Below, piece by piece: positions 39,153 to 47,086 of a stretch of 47,086 nucleotides of DNA. The DNA lies in assembly GCA_020364185.1 (NCBI GenBank), contig GCA_020364185.1_4846.1. One strand, given 5' to 3'. The stretch is from a phage. How positions within the stretch are numbered: position 1 is the first letter of the stretch; each line of letters begins with the position of its first letter. The notes beneath the pieces are model-generated. The model was not told the origin of the DNA, made no database searches, and saw only the letters and a program-made list of their open reading frames with translations. Position numbers and translations under genes: made by a program.

Positions 39153-39297
39153 GACGCGAAGTCCCAACAATAGTAATTATTGTCGCCGTCAGCATGAACA
39201 TGCATCCCCATATCGCGAAAGCGGTAGCTCCTGAAATACCACCAGCGATAAACATCAACATTGCAAGCGCCATGCTTGAGAGTGCCAGCTTAAGCAT
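39142..39297 (-). CDS. small hydrophobic ORF (51 aa), possible membrane peptide
   Basis: hand-translated MLKLALSSMALAMLMFIAGGISGATAFAIWGCMFMLTATIITIVGTSRHGS between terminase genes. Confidence 0.25.
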   Translation of the reverse strand: MLKLALSSMALAMLMFIAGGISGATAFAIWGCMFMLTATIITIVGTSRHGS

Positions 39298-39300
39298 TAT

Positions 39301-39426
39301 TCACCTCGGCTTAAATTGAGAATAAATAGCCATTGACAGAACAAACAGCCAACAAATGACATGTGAGATGATGTTGTCCGCGGCAAAGAATCCAGCCATT
39401 GCCATCATGCCGCCAATAGTAAACAT
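39301..39426 (-). CDS. small hydrophobic ORF (41 aa), possible membrane peptide
   Basis: MFTIGGMMAMAGFFAADNIISHVICWLFVLSMAIYSQFKPR from internal ATG of track ORF 39301-39561. Confidence 0.25.
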   Translation of the reverse strand: MFTIGGMMAMAGFFAADNIISHVICWLFVLSMAIYSQFKPR

Positions 39427-39430
39427 AAAG

Positions 39431-39850
39431 TCACGCATTCTGCTGCTCCAGCAATTTCTCCAGTCGCTCAAGTCGCGCGGCGAGTTCGGTAACTTCGGCG
39501 ATATCCAGTCCTGTCCTGATAACTTCAGCAAATGTCTTGCCAATGTCCACAGGTATAACACCAGCGGCTATACCACGAATGACGGCATCAATCTTCTGCA
39601 CTGGAGTTCCGTCATCAGGGAAGTCAACCTCAAAAACTGGGGCCACCGGTTTAGGTAGCGGACTGAATCGAACGATTAGTTCCTTCATCATCGCCGTGTC
39701 ACGTTCAATCATCGCCATCTCGACGATGGTGTCATAGAGCTTTTCCTCACTAAATCCCTTTCTCTCAAGAGCCTCAACGAGCAACTTGCGCTTATCTTTC
39801 CCGCGTTTGTTTTGCGGTTGATTTTCTTTACTGAATAGCTTTTTAGCCAT
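39431..39850 (-). CDS. terminase small subunit (putative)
   Basis: 139-aa ORF upstream of large terminase; basic N-terminus, C-terminal coiled coil; positional inference. Confidence 0.4.
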   Translation of the reverse strand: MAKKLFSKENQPQNKRGKDKRKLLVEALERKGFSEEKLYDTIVEMAMIERDTAMMKELIVRFSPLPKPVAPVFEVDFPDDGTPVQKIDAVIRGIAAGVIPVDIGKTFAEVIRTGLDIAEVTELAARLERLEKLLEQQNA

Positions 39851-40330
39851 AGATAAAACCTATCAATATTCCGCTATTTTTCCGTTATTCGATATTGTAA
39901 CAGATTCTACACCATGGCGTTAATGGCAAAAAAGAACCCGCACAAGGCGGGTAAAAGGTTGAGTGATGATATGAGTGAAAGCAATGGTGGTTATGTGCTT
40001 ATTGTACACCATCATTATCACGCTTGCCAGCATAGCACCATGCGTTTTCTGTTCGCGTCTGCACATGGACGATTTCAAGCGCATCAGGGAATGTCTTTGC
40101 TACCTTCGCGATAAAATCGTCCAATTCGTGCTGCTTTGCGAGCTGCCAGACTTTCTGTTTAGTGGTTTGCATTATCAAAAGCCCTCGTTGAGCACATGTA
40201 CTTAATGTCGTGCACGCCGTTATCCGGAACAACTTCAATGCGATTACTGAGCTGCACCATCATGTAATGACAGGTCATCATGCCGTCCCAGTAACGTTTC
40301 CACATGAATTCCATTGCCTCATTGATATCG

Positions 40331-40702
40331 TCAAACATAATGCTTCCACTCCCTTTTAACCCACGCTATGCGATTCTTGTTGGTGTGAATTGCTCCGTTA
40401 ATAGATTCCAAACGATATGAGTTATCTGCGTTATTAAACGGGTAATCACGGCTGAGTCCGGCCTTAATGAATTGCGATTTCATTAACTGCAACGCCATAT
40501 CACTTATCGGGAATTTGCAACCCTTGATTGCAAGGTATGAACATAAAGAGCCGCAAAGCCCGACGCGACGACTAAATGGCTCTCGCTCTGGCGCTCCGGA
40601 ATCAATCCAGTCGGAATATGCTTCATAAAACTCAGCTAATTGATTAAACATAATGCACAACTCCCGCAATAGCTGCCACCAATGACAGCACATATACGAC
40701 AA
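40331..40702 (-). CDS. hypothetical protein
   Basis: 123-aa ORF in minus-strand small-gene block. Confidence 0.35.
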   Translation of the reverse strand: MSYMCCHWWQLLRELCIMFNQLAEFYEAYSDWIDSGAPEREPFSRRVGLCGSLCSYLAIKGCKFPISDMALQLMKSQFIKAGLSRDYPFNNADNSYRLESINGAIHTNKNRIAWVKREWKHYV

Positions 40703-40743
40703 GAAAGATTTTAGCGCCAGTGGTGTATCGGCGTCGTTGGTAT

Positions 40744-41127
40744 TTAGTAATCATCGCTATCATCATCATTGTATTCGATGAACTTTCCAAGGCGCTGCAA
40801 TTCTGCGCCAGCCATGAAGTAACCAAGCGCTTCAGCTCGCTCCGAGTCACTCTTAAATTCAGAAAGCGGATAACGCTCGTAGAATTTGTTAATCAAAAAC
40901 GCCTGGTCGAATTTAGTTGCGTCGTACTTTTCTTCGTCATTCTCCCGCCCGAGGTATGAAAGAGATGTAACTGCTGAGGCTATGAAGCCATCACGATTTA
41001 TTAAACTTTTAAGCACCTCAAGGTCTTCTTGTGATTTAATCCTGAAGTTAAGCTGCGCAATTCCTGACATTGAAGCTGCACCACCTCTTGTTACAGCGTG
41101 GTAATGATAAACATATCTGTTATTCAT
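40744..41127 (-). CDS. hypothetical protein with acidic C-terminus
   Basis: ORF ending ...EYNDDDSDDY; start at ATG 41127 assumed. Confidence 0.35.
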   Translation of the reverse strand: MNNRYVYHYHAVTRGGAASMSGIAQLNFRIKSQEDLEVLKSLINRDGFIASAVTSLSYLGRENDEEKYDATKFDQAFLINKFYERYPLSEFKSDSERAEALGYFMAGAELQRLGKFIEYNDDDSDDY

Positions 41128-41190
41128 GCATACATCTCCCACAAAGCGTGCGCCACGTAGAGCGCACTGATAATTAAGATGAACGGGTAG

Positions 41191-41538
41191 CTATTCACTT
41201 TTCAGGCACTCTACGCAAGTGCCATTGATGAAGTGATGCTTGTGGTTGCTTAGGCTTTCAAATTGCTGCGCGGTAGTATCAAACTGAACCAGTTTAACTA
41301 CATCATCAAACAGAACGAAGTCACCATCATTGTCTTCAGTCATGTCAGCGCCACAATCCTGACCGCACGAGTCACAACCACCCATATCAAGTTCGTATCG
41401 CTTGAGTTTTGCGATATCTGATAAATTCAGCGCCAGTACAGCTAGGTCATAAACCTCGTCAGCGGTATAGCCTGCACCATGCCCATACATTTCAATGCGG
41501 GATATGATTTCTTCTACACGTTGTTTTGTGATTGTCAT
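41191..41538 (-). CDS. hypothetical Cys-rich protein
   Basis: 115-aa ORF with CDSCGQDCG and CVEC motifs. Confidence 0.4.
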   Translation of the reverse strand: MTITKQRVEEIISRIEMYGHGAGYTADEVYDLAVLALNLSDIAKLKRYELDMGGCDSCGQDCGADMTEDNDGDFVLFDDVVKLVQFDTTAQQFESLSNHKHHFINGTCVECLKSE

Positions 41539-41783
41539 ACCCTTACCCCCATAATTTCTTCGTAATAACCATCTTCTTCAAACTCAATCTTAGCGATTTT
41601 CATCGCATCCTCATCAGTGATGTCAACCGCTTTGAATTTGCACTTTGCCAGCACCATGCATCCTGATAGCAATAGCCACTTGTTCCACCAGCATGCTCGC
41701 TTGATTGTTCTTGACGAGTACATTTTGTTTTGCACAAACCAGTACTCGTATTTTTTTACTTTTGCCACATCATCACCAGTCAA
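41535..41783 (-). CDS. hypothetical protein (possible lipoprotein signal LLSGC)
   Basis: 82-aa ORF; internal segment KWLLLSGCMVLA resembles a lipobox context. Confidence 0.3.
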   Translation of the reverse strand: MTGDDVAKVKKYEYWFVQNKMYSSRTIKRACWWNKWLLLSGCMVLAKCKFKAVDITDEDAMKIAKIEFEEDGYYEEIMGVRV

Positions 41784-42420
41784 AATAAACGCGCTGAATC
41801 GAGGTCAGAACACAATAATCAGCTCATCCATTACTCTTCGCTTGCCTTCACCGTTAAACACACGCACAACACGATTTACGCGGATAGATTTCATTGCATT
41901 GCGCGCCTTCTTGCTCATAAAGTTCTGCGCGCCAACGTGACCGAGTTCCGGCTCCAGTTTCTCGCGACGATAGATAGTTTTTGCCATGTATTATTTCTCC
42001 ACGTGCACCTGATACATTGCTTGCCAGATTAACACAACAGCATCGCTTAGCTCATCATCAGTAAGGTAGTCGATATCGAAGTTTTCAATAACTTCACGAA
42101 TACCCGCCTCAATCATTTCTTCTGTTGGTTGGATTGGTTTGTTGCTCATTTTGTTACTCCTTATACCCTGATTTAGAAACTGCCACTGCGATAATGATGA
42201 ATGCCACGATAACCAGACTGGCGATAAGTTCGAATGTTGCGCCTGTCATTTGCTTAACCCATACGCTGAGATTAAAGCCTGCATTGCTGCGTTCCAGAAT
42301 GCTTCTGCGGGAATGCTGTTGTTGGTGCGCTCAACTGCAATGCGTGCCATAGCCTGTGCATCTTCAAATTCTTCACGTTCTTTGATTTTCATATCTTCAC
42401 CCTCGTTTGTTTCGATGAAT

Positions 42421-42451
42421 TCAATCTACATCAATGAAGATTCTACGTCAA
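42421..42451 (-). promoter_or_regulatory. promoter region with TTGACGTAGAAT and TGATGTAGATT on minus strand
   Basis: GATTCTACGTCAA 42439-42451 and TCAATCTACATCA 42421-42433. Confidence 0.45.
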
Positions 42452-42479
42452 TATACAGAGAAAGAAAAAACACAACCAA

Positions 42480-42660
42480 ATGTTAGTGTACGCTAGCTAA
42501 CATATATAGTTACATATATTACTAATAGTAACCTTTGTTTATTAACTCTATAAAGTATATTAAGATCTTCTTTATATTTATTATAGATATTAACACCTTA
42601 CGCTACAGAAACACGAAAACCAGCAATTAAGCTGGTTTATTTGTTAATGAATTTAGTTAA
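42480..42660. other. AT-rich low-complexity region (possible DNA-unwinding element)
   Basis: runs such as CATATATAGTTACATATATTACTAATAGTAACC and TTTATATTTATTATAGATATTAAC; no ORF of 60 aa or more. Confidence 0.4.
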
Positions 42661-42674
42661 TTTTGAATCCCAAG

Positions 42675-42940
42675 TTATCGGGAAGCCAAATTCCTTTTGT
42701 TTTCAGTATTTTCCGTTCGCTTCCCAGCTTCCCGAAAATACCCCACCCTTTTTTTTATGATGAGCTTTTGTTTATCCATTTTTTTTGACTCGGGAAGCGA
42801 ACACCTAAACTATTGATTTTGCTTAATATTGGCTTCCCGAGAATTTTTCTCATTTACCTGTATACTATTGAAAGATAAAGGAAAAATTAAGCTCTGAAAT
42901 ATTAATACGCTTTTTCGGGAAGCGTGTCAACTCAGGAAGC
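42675..42940. repeat. iteron-like array: five copies of TCGGGAAGC in alternating orientation plus two degenerate copies
   Basis: TCGGGAAGC at 42678-42686, 42790-42798, 42915-42923; GCTTCCCGA at 42727-42735, 42832-42840; degenerate at 42719-42727 and 42932-42940. Confidence 0.6.
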
Positions 42941-43046
42941 AAAGTATGTAGGTTGCTATTAAGTGTTGCTTCTCTTACTTGCTGAATTATAGAAAAGTTG
43001 ATATATTAAATTGAGTTTACTGCTAATTGATTGTCTGGAGGTTGTC

Positions 43047-43262
43047 ATGTACAGGTTTGGTAGCGCAATGGCTGAGGTGTATGAGTTTGTTAGCGGGATG
43101 TCGATTGGAGAGGTGCGATTTTTTGTGGTAGATGATTTCCGTGCCAATAACAGTATTGAAAAATTCAGGGCGAGCCTGTGCTGTGTTGCGAAAGATAATT
43201 CGTGGCTTTTTGTAACCAGAAAGATGGAAGAAGGCGAAGTGTCTGTTCGGAGGATTAAATGA
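43047..43262 (+). CDS. hypothetical protein
   Basis: 71 aa from ATG 43047 (GGAGG RBS); stop overlaps primase start (ATGA). Confidence 0.4.
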   Translation: MYRFGSAMAEVYEFVSGMSIGEVRFFVVDDFRANNSIEKFRASLCCVAKDNSWLFVTRKMEEGEVSVRRIK

Positions 43263-45592
43263 TGATTGGTTATGAAGATTACCGCAAATGTGGCTTCCCT
43301 ATTATTGGAATCCATGCAATGGATATCGACCGCAATTGCACATGCGGTGATCCAGAATGCAATGCTGCCGGTAAGCATCCGGTTATGAGTAACTGGCAGC
43401 TTGGAGTTATATGGGCTGATGACCAGATTGAAAATATGGCTGAATATGGTCAATTGCAGTCATTCGGTGTCCTTGTGAATGGTTATCTGGTAGTTGATAT
43501 TGATCCACGCAACGGAGGTAATGATGGATATGAATCACTTTGTGATGCCTTAGACGTAGAGCTTGCTGACGAAGCTGGCTTTACTGTTAAGACTGGTGGT
43601 GGTGGTCGCCACATCTATTACAAACTTCCTGAAGGAATAAAGCTGCGCTCTCATGACAGAAGGTTTAAGGGTATTGACTTTAAATCATCTGGTTTTGTTG
43701 TTGGCTGCGGCTCATTCCATAAGTCAGGTAACTTTTATGAAGCTGAGCATGGCTCTCCTTCAGAGATAACTGAATGCCCTTCTGAACTTATTGAGCTTTT
43801 GTTGCGTCCTGAGAGAACGGAAGACGAGGTTTTCACGCTTGATAGTAAAAATTACAGCATTGCCGAAATGGAGGATATGCTCAAATACATCAAAGATGGT
43901 GATGAGTATGACCCATGGCTTCATGTGGGCATGGCTATCCACGAAGCTACAGAAGGCAATGGTTTTGAACTTTGGGATAGGTGGTCATCGCAGTTCAGCA
44001 AGTACAGAGCTGAAGAAATGGACGCAAAATGGCATTCCTTTGGAAAGGACGGTGTTAACGAAAAGATAACCGAAGCAACGCTGGTTTATCTCGCGCAAGA
44101 GGGAGGGTGGGTAAGGCAAGTAACTTTTGAGGCTACTCCAGAGGAAATTGAGAAACTTGAGTCTTTCGAACGAGAGATGGCAATGGGTGTTGGTGAATGC
44201 CCTGTAGAGTACAAAAGTGTTGATGTCCGTTATCCGCCTGGATTTGTTGGTCGCCTTACGGCGTGGATTAATAAGAACTGTGCAGAGAAGCGAGAGAATA
44301 TTGCAGCACTTGCTGCATTGCACGCTGCATCCATGATTTGTGGGGCGTCATCTGATATTTATCTTACAAACAGGAAAGCCTTACCAAACCTGTTTGCTGT
44401 TGGTATAGCTGGTTCAGGTTCAGGTAAGGGTGATGTCCTTGCTGCGCTACAAAAGATAATTGATTGCTCAGGATTGAGTAAGACTGTCGCCGGTAAGATA
44501 CGTTCAGAGCGTGCGATATATGAAGGTCTTTGCGCTAACCAGATGTTTAATATCATCATGGATGAGATTGGGATAAAACTTGGGAGTGTTGTTGGTCAGA
44601 AAGTAAGCGAGTACAACATGGCAACCGCTGGTGCGATCATGGAGGCTTACACGTCAGAAGTTCTTTATTGTGACCAGCGGGTTACTGAGGATTTCATTAA
44701 GTCTTTCGAAAAGAGAAAGGCTATGCTGTTGATGGCTATTGAGGAAAATGAGATACAGGCAGACCCCGTTGACATTAAGTGTCAGTTTGATGATGTGATA
44801 AACAGAATTGACGGAGCTATAAGGAATCCATTTTTTTCAATCTTTGGTGTGTCTACTGATGATCAGTTTAAGCGACTTATTACTGAAGAAAACATTAAGT
44901 CAGGTCTTATGGGTCGTGCAATGATTATGCAGGAGTTACAGGAGATTGCTGACGAAAACGAAAACGTCAACTACTGTGATCTACCTATGGATATGCAACT
45001 GACCATAAAAACAATAATAAATGGAGGAACAGCTGGGCACAAAAACTGGACAGACTCAATAATCAGTCAAAAAGAAAGACGGATTATAAAAGCTACGCCT
45101 GAAGTTTCTCAGCTCGCTAAGGAGTTCTTCTCATGGATTAAAACCGTTGCAAGAAAGCATGTAGAAAATGGTACTGGTTATCACCCATTGATAAACAGAT
45201 GCGCCGTGAAGGTGGCAAAGATTGCTGGCATTCTCGCGTGCGATACTGGCGTCATAACCATGGAGCACTTGAGGTATGCGGTAGCATTAACAATTAAATC
45301 AACAAGCGATCTGATGATGCGTGCTGACAGTATCGCCGGAGCGAAGTCTAAAGCTATGGAAGAACGAATTGAAGGTATTTTCTCCATGGTTAAAGAATAT
45401 GTGAAGCGTGGAATGACCAAAACAGCAATGGTTAGAGGGGTAGCAAAAGAAGGTGGGTATAAACGTGCTGATGTCGAGAGGTGCGTAGAGAAGTTGTTAT
45501 CAGATGGTATTATTTGCATTGATGAAAATGCAAAAAGAACATCTCACAACGTAATAATTTACAAATTAACAAATGATGAGGTTGAGATATGA
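43259..45592 (+). CDS. primase-polymerase (AEP-type) replication protein with central P-loop NTPase region
   Basis: 777 aa; N-terminal Prim-Pol-like motifs (VVDIDPRNGG, TVKTGGGGRHIYYKLP, GIDFKSSGFVVGCGSFHKSGNFYE), PriCT-like WLHVGMAIH...LWDRWS, Walker A GIAGSGSGKG. Confidence 0.65.
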   Translation: MMIGYEDYRKCGFPIIGIHAMDIDRNCTCGDPECNAAGKHPVMSNWQLGVIWADDQIENMAEYGQLQSFGVLVNGYLVVDIDPRNGGNDGYESLCDALDVELADEAGFTVKTGGGGRHIYYKLPEGIKLRSHDRRFKGIDFKSSGFVVGCGSFHKSGNFYEAEHGSPSEITECPSELIELLLRPERTEDEVFTLDSKNYSIAEMEDMLKYIKDGDEYDPWLHVGMAIHEATEGNGFELWDRWSSQFSKYRAEEMDAKWHSFGKDGVNEKITEATLVYLAQEGGWVRQVTFEATPEEIEKLESFEREMAMGVGECPVEYKSVDVRYPPGFVGRLTAWINKNCAEKRENIAALAALHAASMICGASSDIYLTNRKALPNLFAVGIAGSGSGKGDVLAALQKIIDCSGLSKTVAGKIRSERAIYEGLCANQMFNIIMDEIGIKLGSVVGQKVSEYNMATAGAIMEAYTSEVLYCDQRVTEDFIKSFEKRKAMLLMAIEENEIQADPVDIKCQFDDVINRIDGAIRNPFFSIFGVSTDDQFKRLITEENIKSGLMGRAMIMQELQEIADENENVNYCDLPMDMQLTIKTIINGGTAGHKNWTDSIISQKERRIIKATPEVSQLAKEFFSWIKTVARKHVENGTGYHPLINRCAVKVAKIAGILACDTGVITMEHLRYAVALTIKSTSDLMMRADSIAGAKSKAMEERIEGIFSMVKEYVKRGMTKTAMVRGVAKEGGYKRADVERCVEKLLSDGIICIDENAKRTSHNVIIYKLTNDEVEI

Positions 45593-46011
45593 TCAATTAC
45601 AAGTATCTGGTGATGAGAGGTTTGTATGACTATTTTGAGTCAGAAAATCCTGAGCGCGCACATGATAACGCAATATCCATGATGACAGGGAAACACCTGA
45701 TGGAAGTTTACTACTGGAAAATGCCCGTATTCCGCTGCAATATGGGTATCTGCATTGATGATGACGTACTGTTTTGTCGAATACAATATGAAAACAATGT
45801 AGGTATAGTGACAGCATCGTACAGGGATGTTGCAAGAAAATCCGGGAACTGGCATCCAAGCGAAGTTTTTGCGGGTGACGCACTATTTAATTTCTGTAAG
45901 GCGTTTGGTGTTTTGTATGAGGATGTAAGCAAAGAGTATAGCGGAAGGCGTGAGAAAGATAGCTTGAGTTCTAAAGGTGTTACTAACTACAAGGATAAAA
46001 ACCATGTGTAA
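45589..46011 (+). CDS. hypothetical protein
   Basis: 140-aa ORF, ATGA overlap with primase gene. Confidence 0.4.
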   Translation: MINYKYLVMRGLYDYFESENPERAHDNAISMMTGKHLMEVYYWKMPVFRCNMGICIDDDVLFCRIQYENNVGIVTASYRDVARKSGNWHPSEVFAGDALFNFCKAFGVLYEDVSKEYSGRREKDSLSSKGVTNYKDKNHV

Positions 46012-46207
46012 CACAATGAGAACAATATCAGGCGAACTTTGCCGCTCAGAAGGTTCATGGCATTTCAGACCGCATGGTTATTCGACGTGGTTTTTCTGGA
46101 GTGGGATTAACAAAGTATGGCTTCGCTCTAATTACCACGAGCTTGATGATTACTGGCACAGATTTTGTGTTGGTCAAGTTGATATTTCAAAGTTGATGAT
46201 TAAGTGA
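46004..46207 (+). CDS. hypothetical protein
   Basis: 67 aa from ATG 46004 overlapping upstream stop. Confidence 0.35.
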   Translation: MCNTMRTISGELCRSEGSWHFRPHGYSTWFFWSGINKVWLRSNYHELDDYWHRFCVGQVDISKLMIK

Positions 46208-46217
46208 GGGTAAGGAA

Positions 46218-46472
46218 ATGGATGTGAAGGATAAAGTTTTATATGTGATGAGAAAGAGAAAATCTATTGAGGAGGAACTTGGGATTTGTGGCAAGTTCTC
46301 CGTGGCTACGTGGAGTTTGCGTCTATCTATGGTGAATGAATTTCCTGATGATGAATGGACAGCAGCAAAGTTACGGAAGGTTCTGATTTCTCTTTGTAAT
46401 GATGGGGTTGTATCAAATGATTTAAATAATAGTCGTATTGGTAATTCAGTTTGGGTTCTGGAGGAAAACTGA
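46218..46472 (+). CDS. hypothetical protein (possible winged-helix)
   Basis: 84-aa ORF with GGTAAGG RBS. Confidence 0.4.
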   Translation: MDVKDKVLYVMRKRKSIEEELGICGKFSVATWSLRLSMVNEFPDDEWTAAKLRKVLISLCNDGVVSNDLNNSRIGNSVWVLEEN

Positions 46473-46777
46473 TGGCTAACTTGCAACTTGCCGTAAAAGG
46501 TGAATACTTCGATGCCATGATTCGCGGGGAGAAAACGGAAGAGTATCGCCTTTTCAATGACTACTGGAAGAAACGCCTTATTAACTTTAAAGATAGCGGA
46601 CAGATTGGAAGGAAGTACGAAAGGTTAATTATCACAAAAGGATATCCAAAGAAGGACGATAAATCCAGGCGTATTGATATACCATACGATGGATGGACGG
46701 TTAAAACCATCACACACCCTCACTTCGGCCCTAACCCAGTGGAAGTGTTCGCAATAAAAGTTAACATCAAAGCATAA
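46472..46777 (+). CDS. ASCH/PUA-like domain protein (tentative)
   Basis: 101 aa from ATG 46472 (GGAGGA RBS); pattern L.VKGEYFDAMIRGEKTEEYR....W.KRL resembles ASCH-like small beta-barrel proteins. Confidence 0.4.
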   Translation: MANLQLAVKGEYFDAMIRGEKTEEYRLFNDYWKKRLINFKDSGQIGRKYERLIITKGYPKKDDKSRRIDIPYDGWTVKTITHPHFGPNPVEVFAIKVNIKA

Positions 46778-46782
46778 CAAAA

Positions 46783-46810
46783 AGCCCGCAAACGCGGGCT
46801 TTATTATTTA
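46783..46810. terminator. bidirectional intrinsic terminator
   Basis: AGCCCGC-aaac-GCGGGCT followed by TTATTATTT. Confidence 0.6.
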
Positions 46811-47076
46811 ACAATCCATTTTGTGACAGCTGGCCTTAAATCTTCCTTTCTGAAAACTCCACCAGTAAGCGCCTCGGCATCAATTGCTGCTGTAGCGCTA
46901 ATTCTGCCTCTTGACACCCACTGATTAACAGCCTGTTTTGACACACCAAGAAACCTTGCCAGTTGTGATTGCCCTCCAACATAATCAATCAGCTCTGACA
47001 GCTTCGTCTGTTCCATTTCTCTTATCTGTTCTGCGATGCTTTTCATGTGTTTACCTCTGCTATCTGTATGCAGCAA
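46804..47076 (-). CDS. Cro/YdaS-family helix-turn-helix DNA-binding protein
   Basis: 90 aa; LIDYVGGQSQLARFLGVSKQAVNQWVSRGRIS is a classic HTH with downstream ...GVFRKEDLRP as recalled for YdaS/Cro-like proteins. Confidence 0.55.
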   Translation of the reverse strand: MLHTDSRGKHMKSIAEQIREMEQTKLSELIDYVGGQSQLARFLGVSKQAVNQWVSRGRISATAAIDAEALTGGVFRKEDLRPAVTKWIVK

Positions 47077-47086
47077 TAATGAACTC

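Noticed and set aside
42675-42940. Possible CRISPR array
   Set aside because: Repeats are only 9 nt, alternate in orientation and have unequal spacing (about 40-83 bp); this fits iterons or operator sites, not a CRISPR repeat-spacer array. No cas genes are present.
42959-43453. 164-aa minus-strand ORF spanning the end of the iteron region and the primase start
   Set aside because: Runs antisense to the well-supported 71-aa ORF and the primase N-terminus, has low-complexity composition from the AT-rich region, and has no RBS; probably spurious.

Overview
The window reads as most or all of a tailed dsDNA phage genome (about 47 kb) from an enterobacterial host, built as a mosaic of transcription cassettes. 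Every call below comes from reading the sequence and the supplied ORF translations; no database search or alignment tool was run, so family assignments rest on recognised motifs and gene order. Layout: (1) a plus-strand replication/recombination operon at 95-4299 (Sak4-like ATPase, Gp157-like protein, SSB-like protein, SF2 helicase, VRR-NUC nuclease); (2) a minus-strand tail module at 4465-16174 (tail fibre with S74 chaperone domain, J-like protein, NlpC/P60 protein, minor tail proteins, tape measure, chaperone, Ig-domain major tail protein); (3) an ORF-free RNA region with a tRNA-Met(CAU)-like gene at 16621-16697; (4) head-tail joining genes, two HNH-AP2 homing endonucleases and membrane proteins at 16726-19627; (5) a plus-strand six-gene operon at 19864-22138 ending in a truncated DnaN (beta sliding clamp) homologue; (6) head genes, a lambda-like lysis cassette (R-like endolysin, holin, embedded Rz/Rz1), a Lar-like anti-restriction gene, minor head protein, portal and large terminase at 22173-39850, interrupted by opposite-strand cassettes; (7) small early-type genes at 39999-42400, then an AT-rich region with an iteron-like array at 42480-42940 in front of a primase-polymerase gene at 43259-45592. 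No integrase, CI-type repressor or CRISPR array was seen. The most unusual items are the truncated beta-clamp homologue, an SSB-type C-terminal tail encoded in frame after the amber stop of the VRR-NUC gene, a conserved 15-nt leader before three replication genes, a recurring TTGACGTAGAT/TGATGTAGAT promoter motif, and the iteron array. Coordinates of motifs and hairpins were indexed by hand and may be off by a base or two; CDS ends follow the ORF track, with starts moved only by whole codons.
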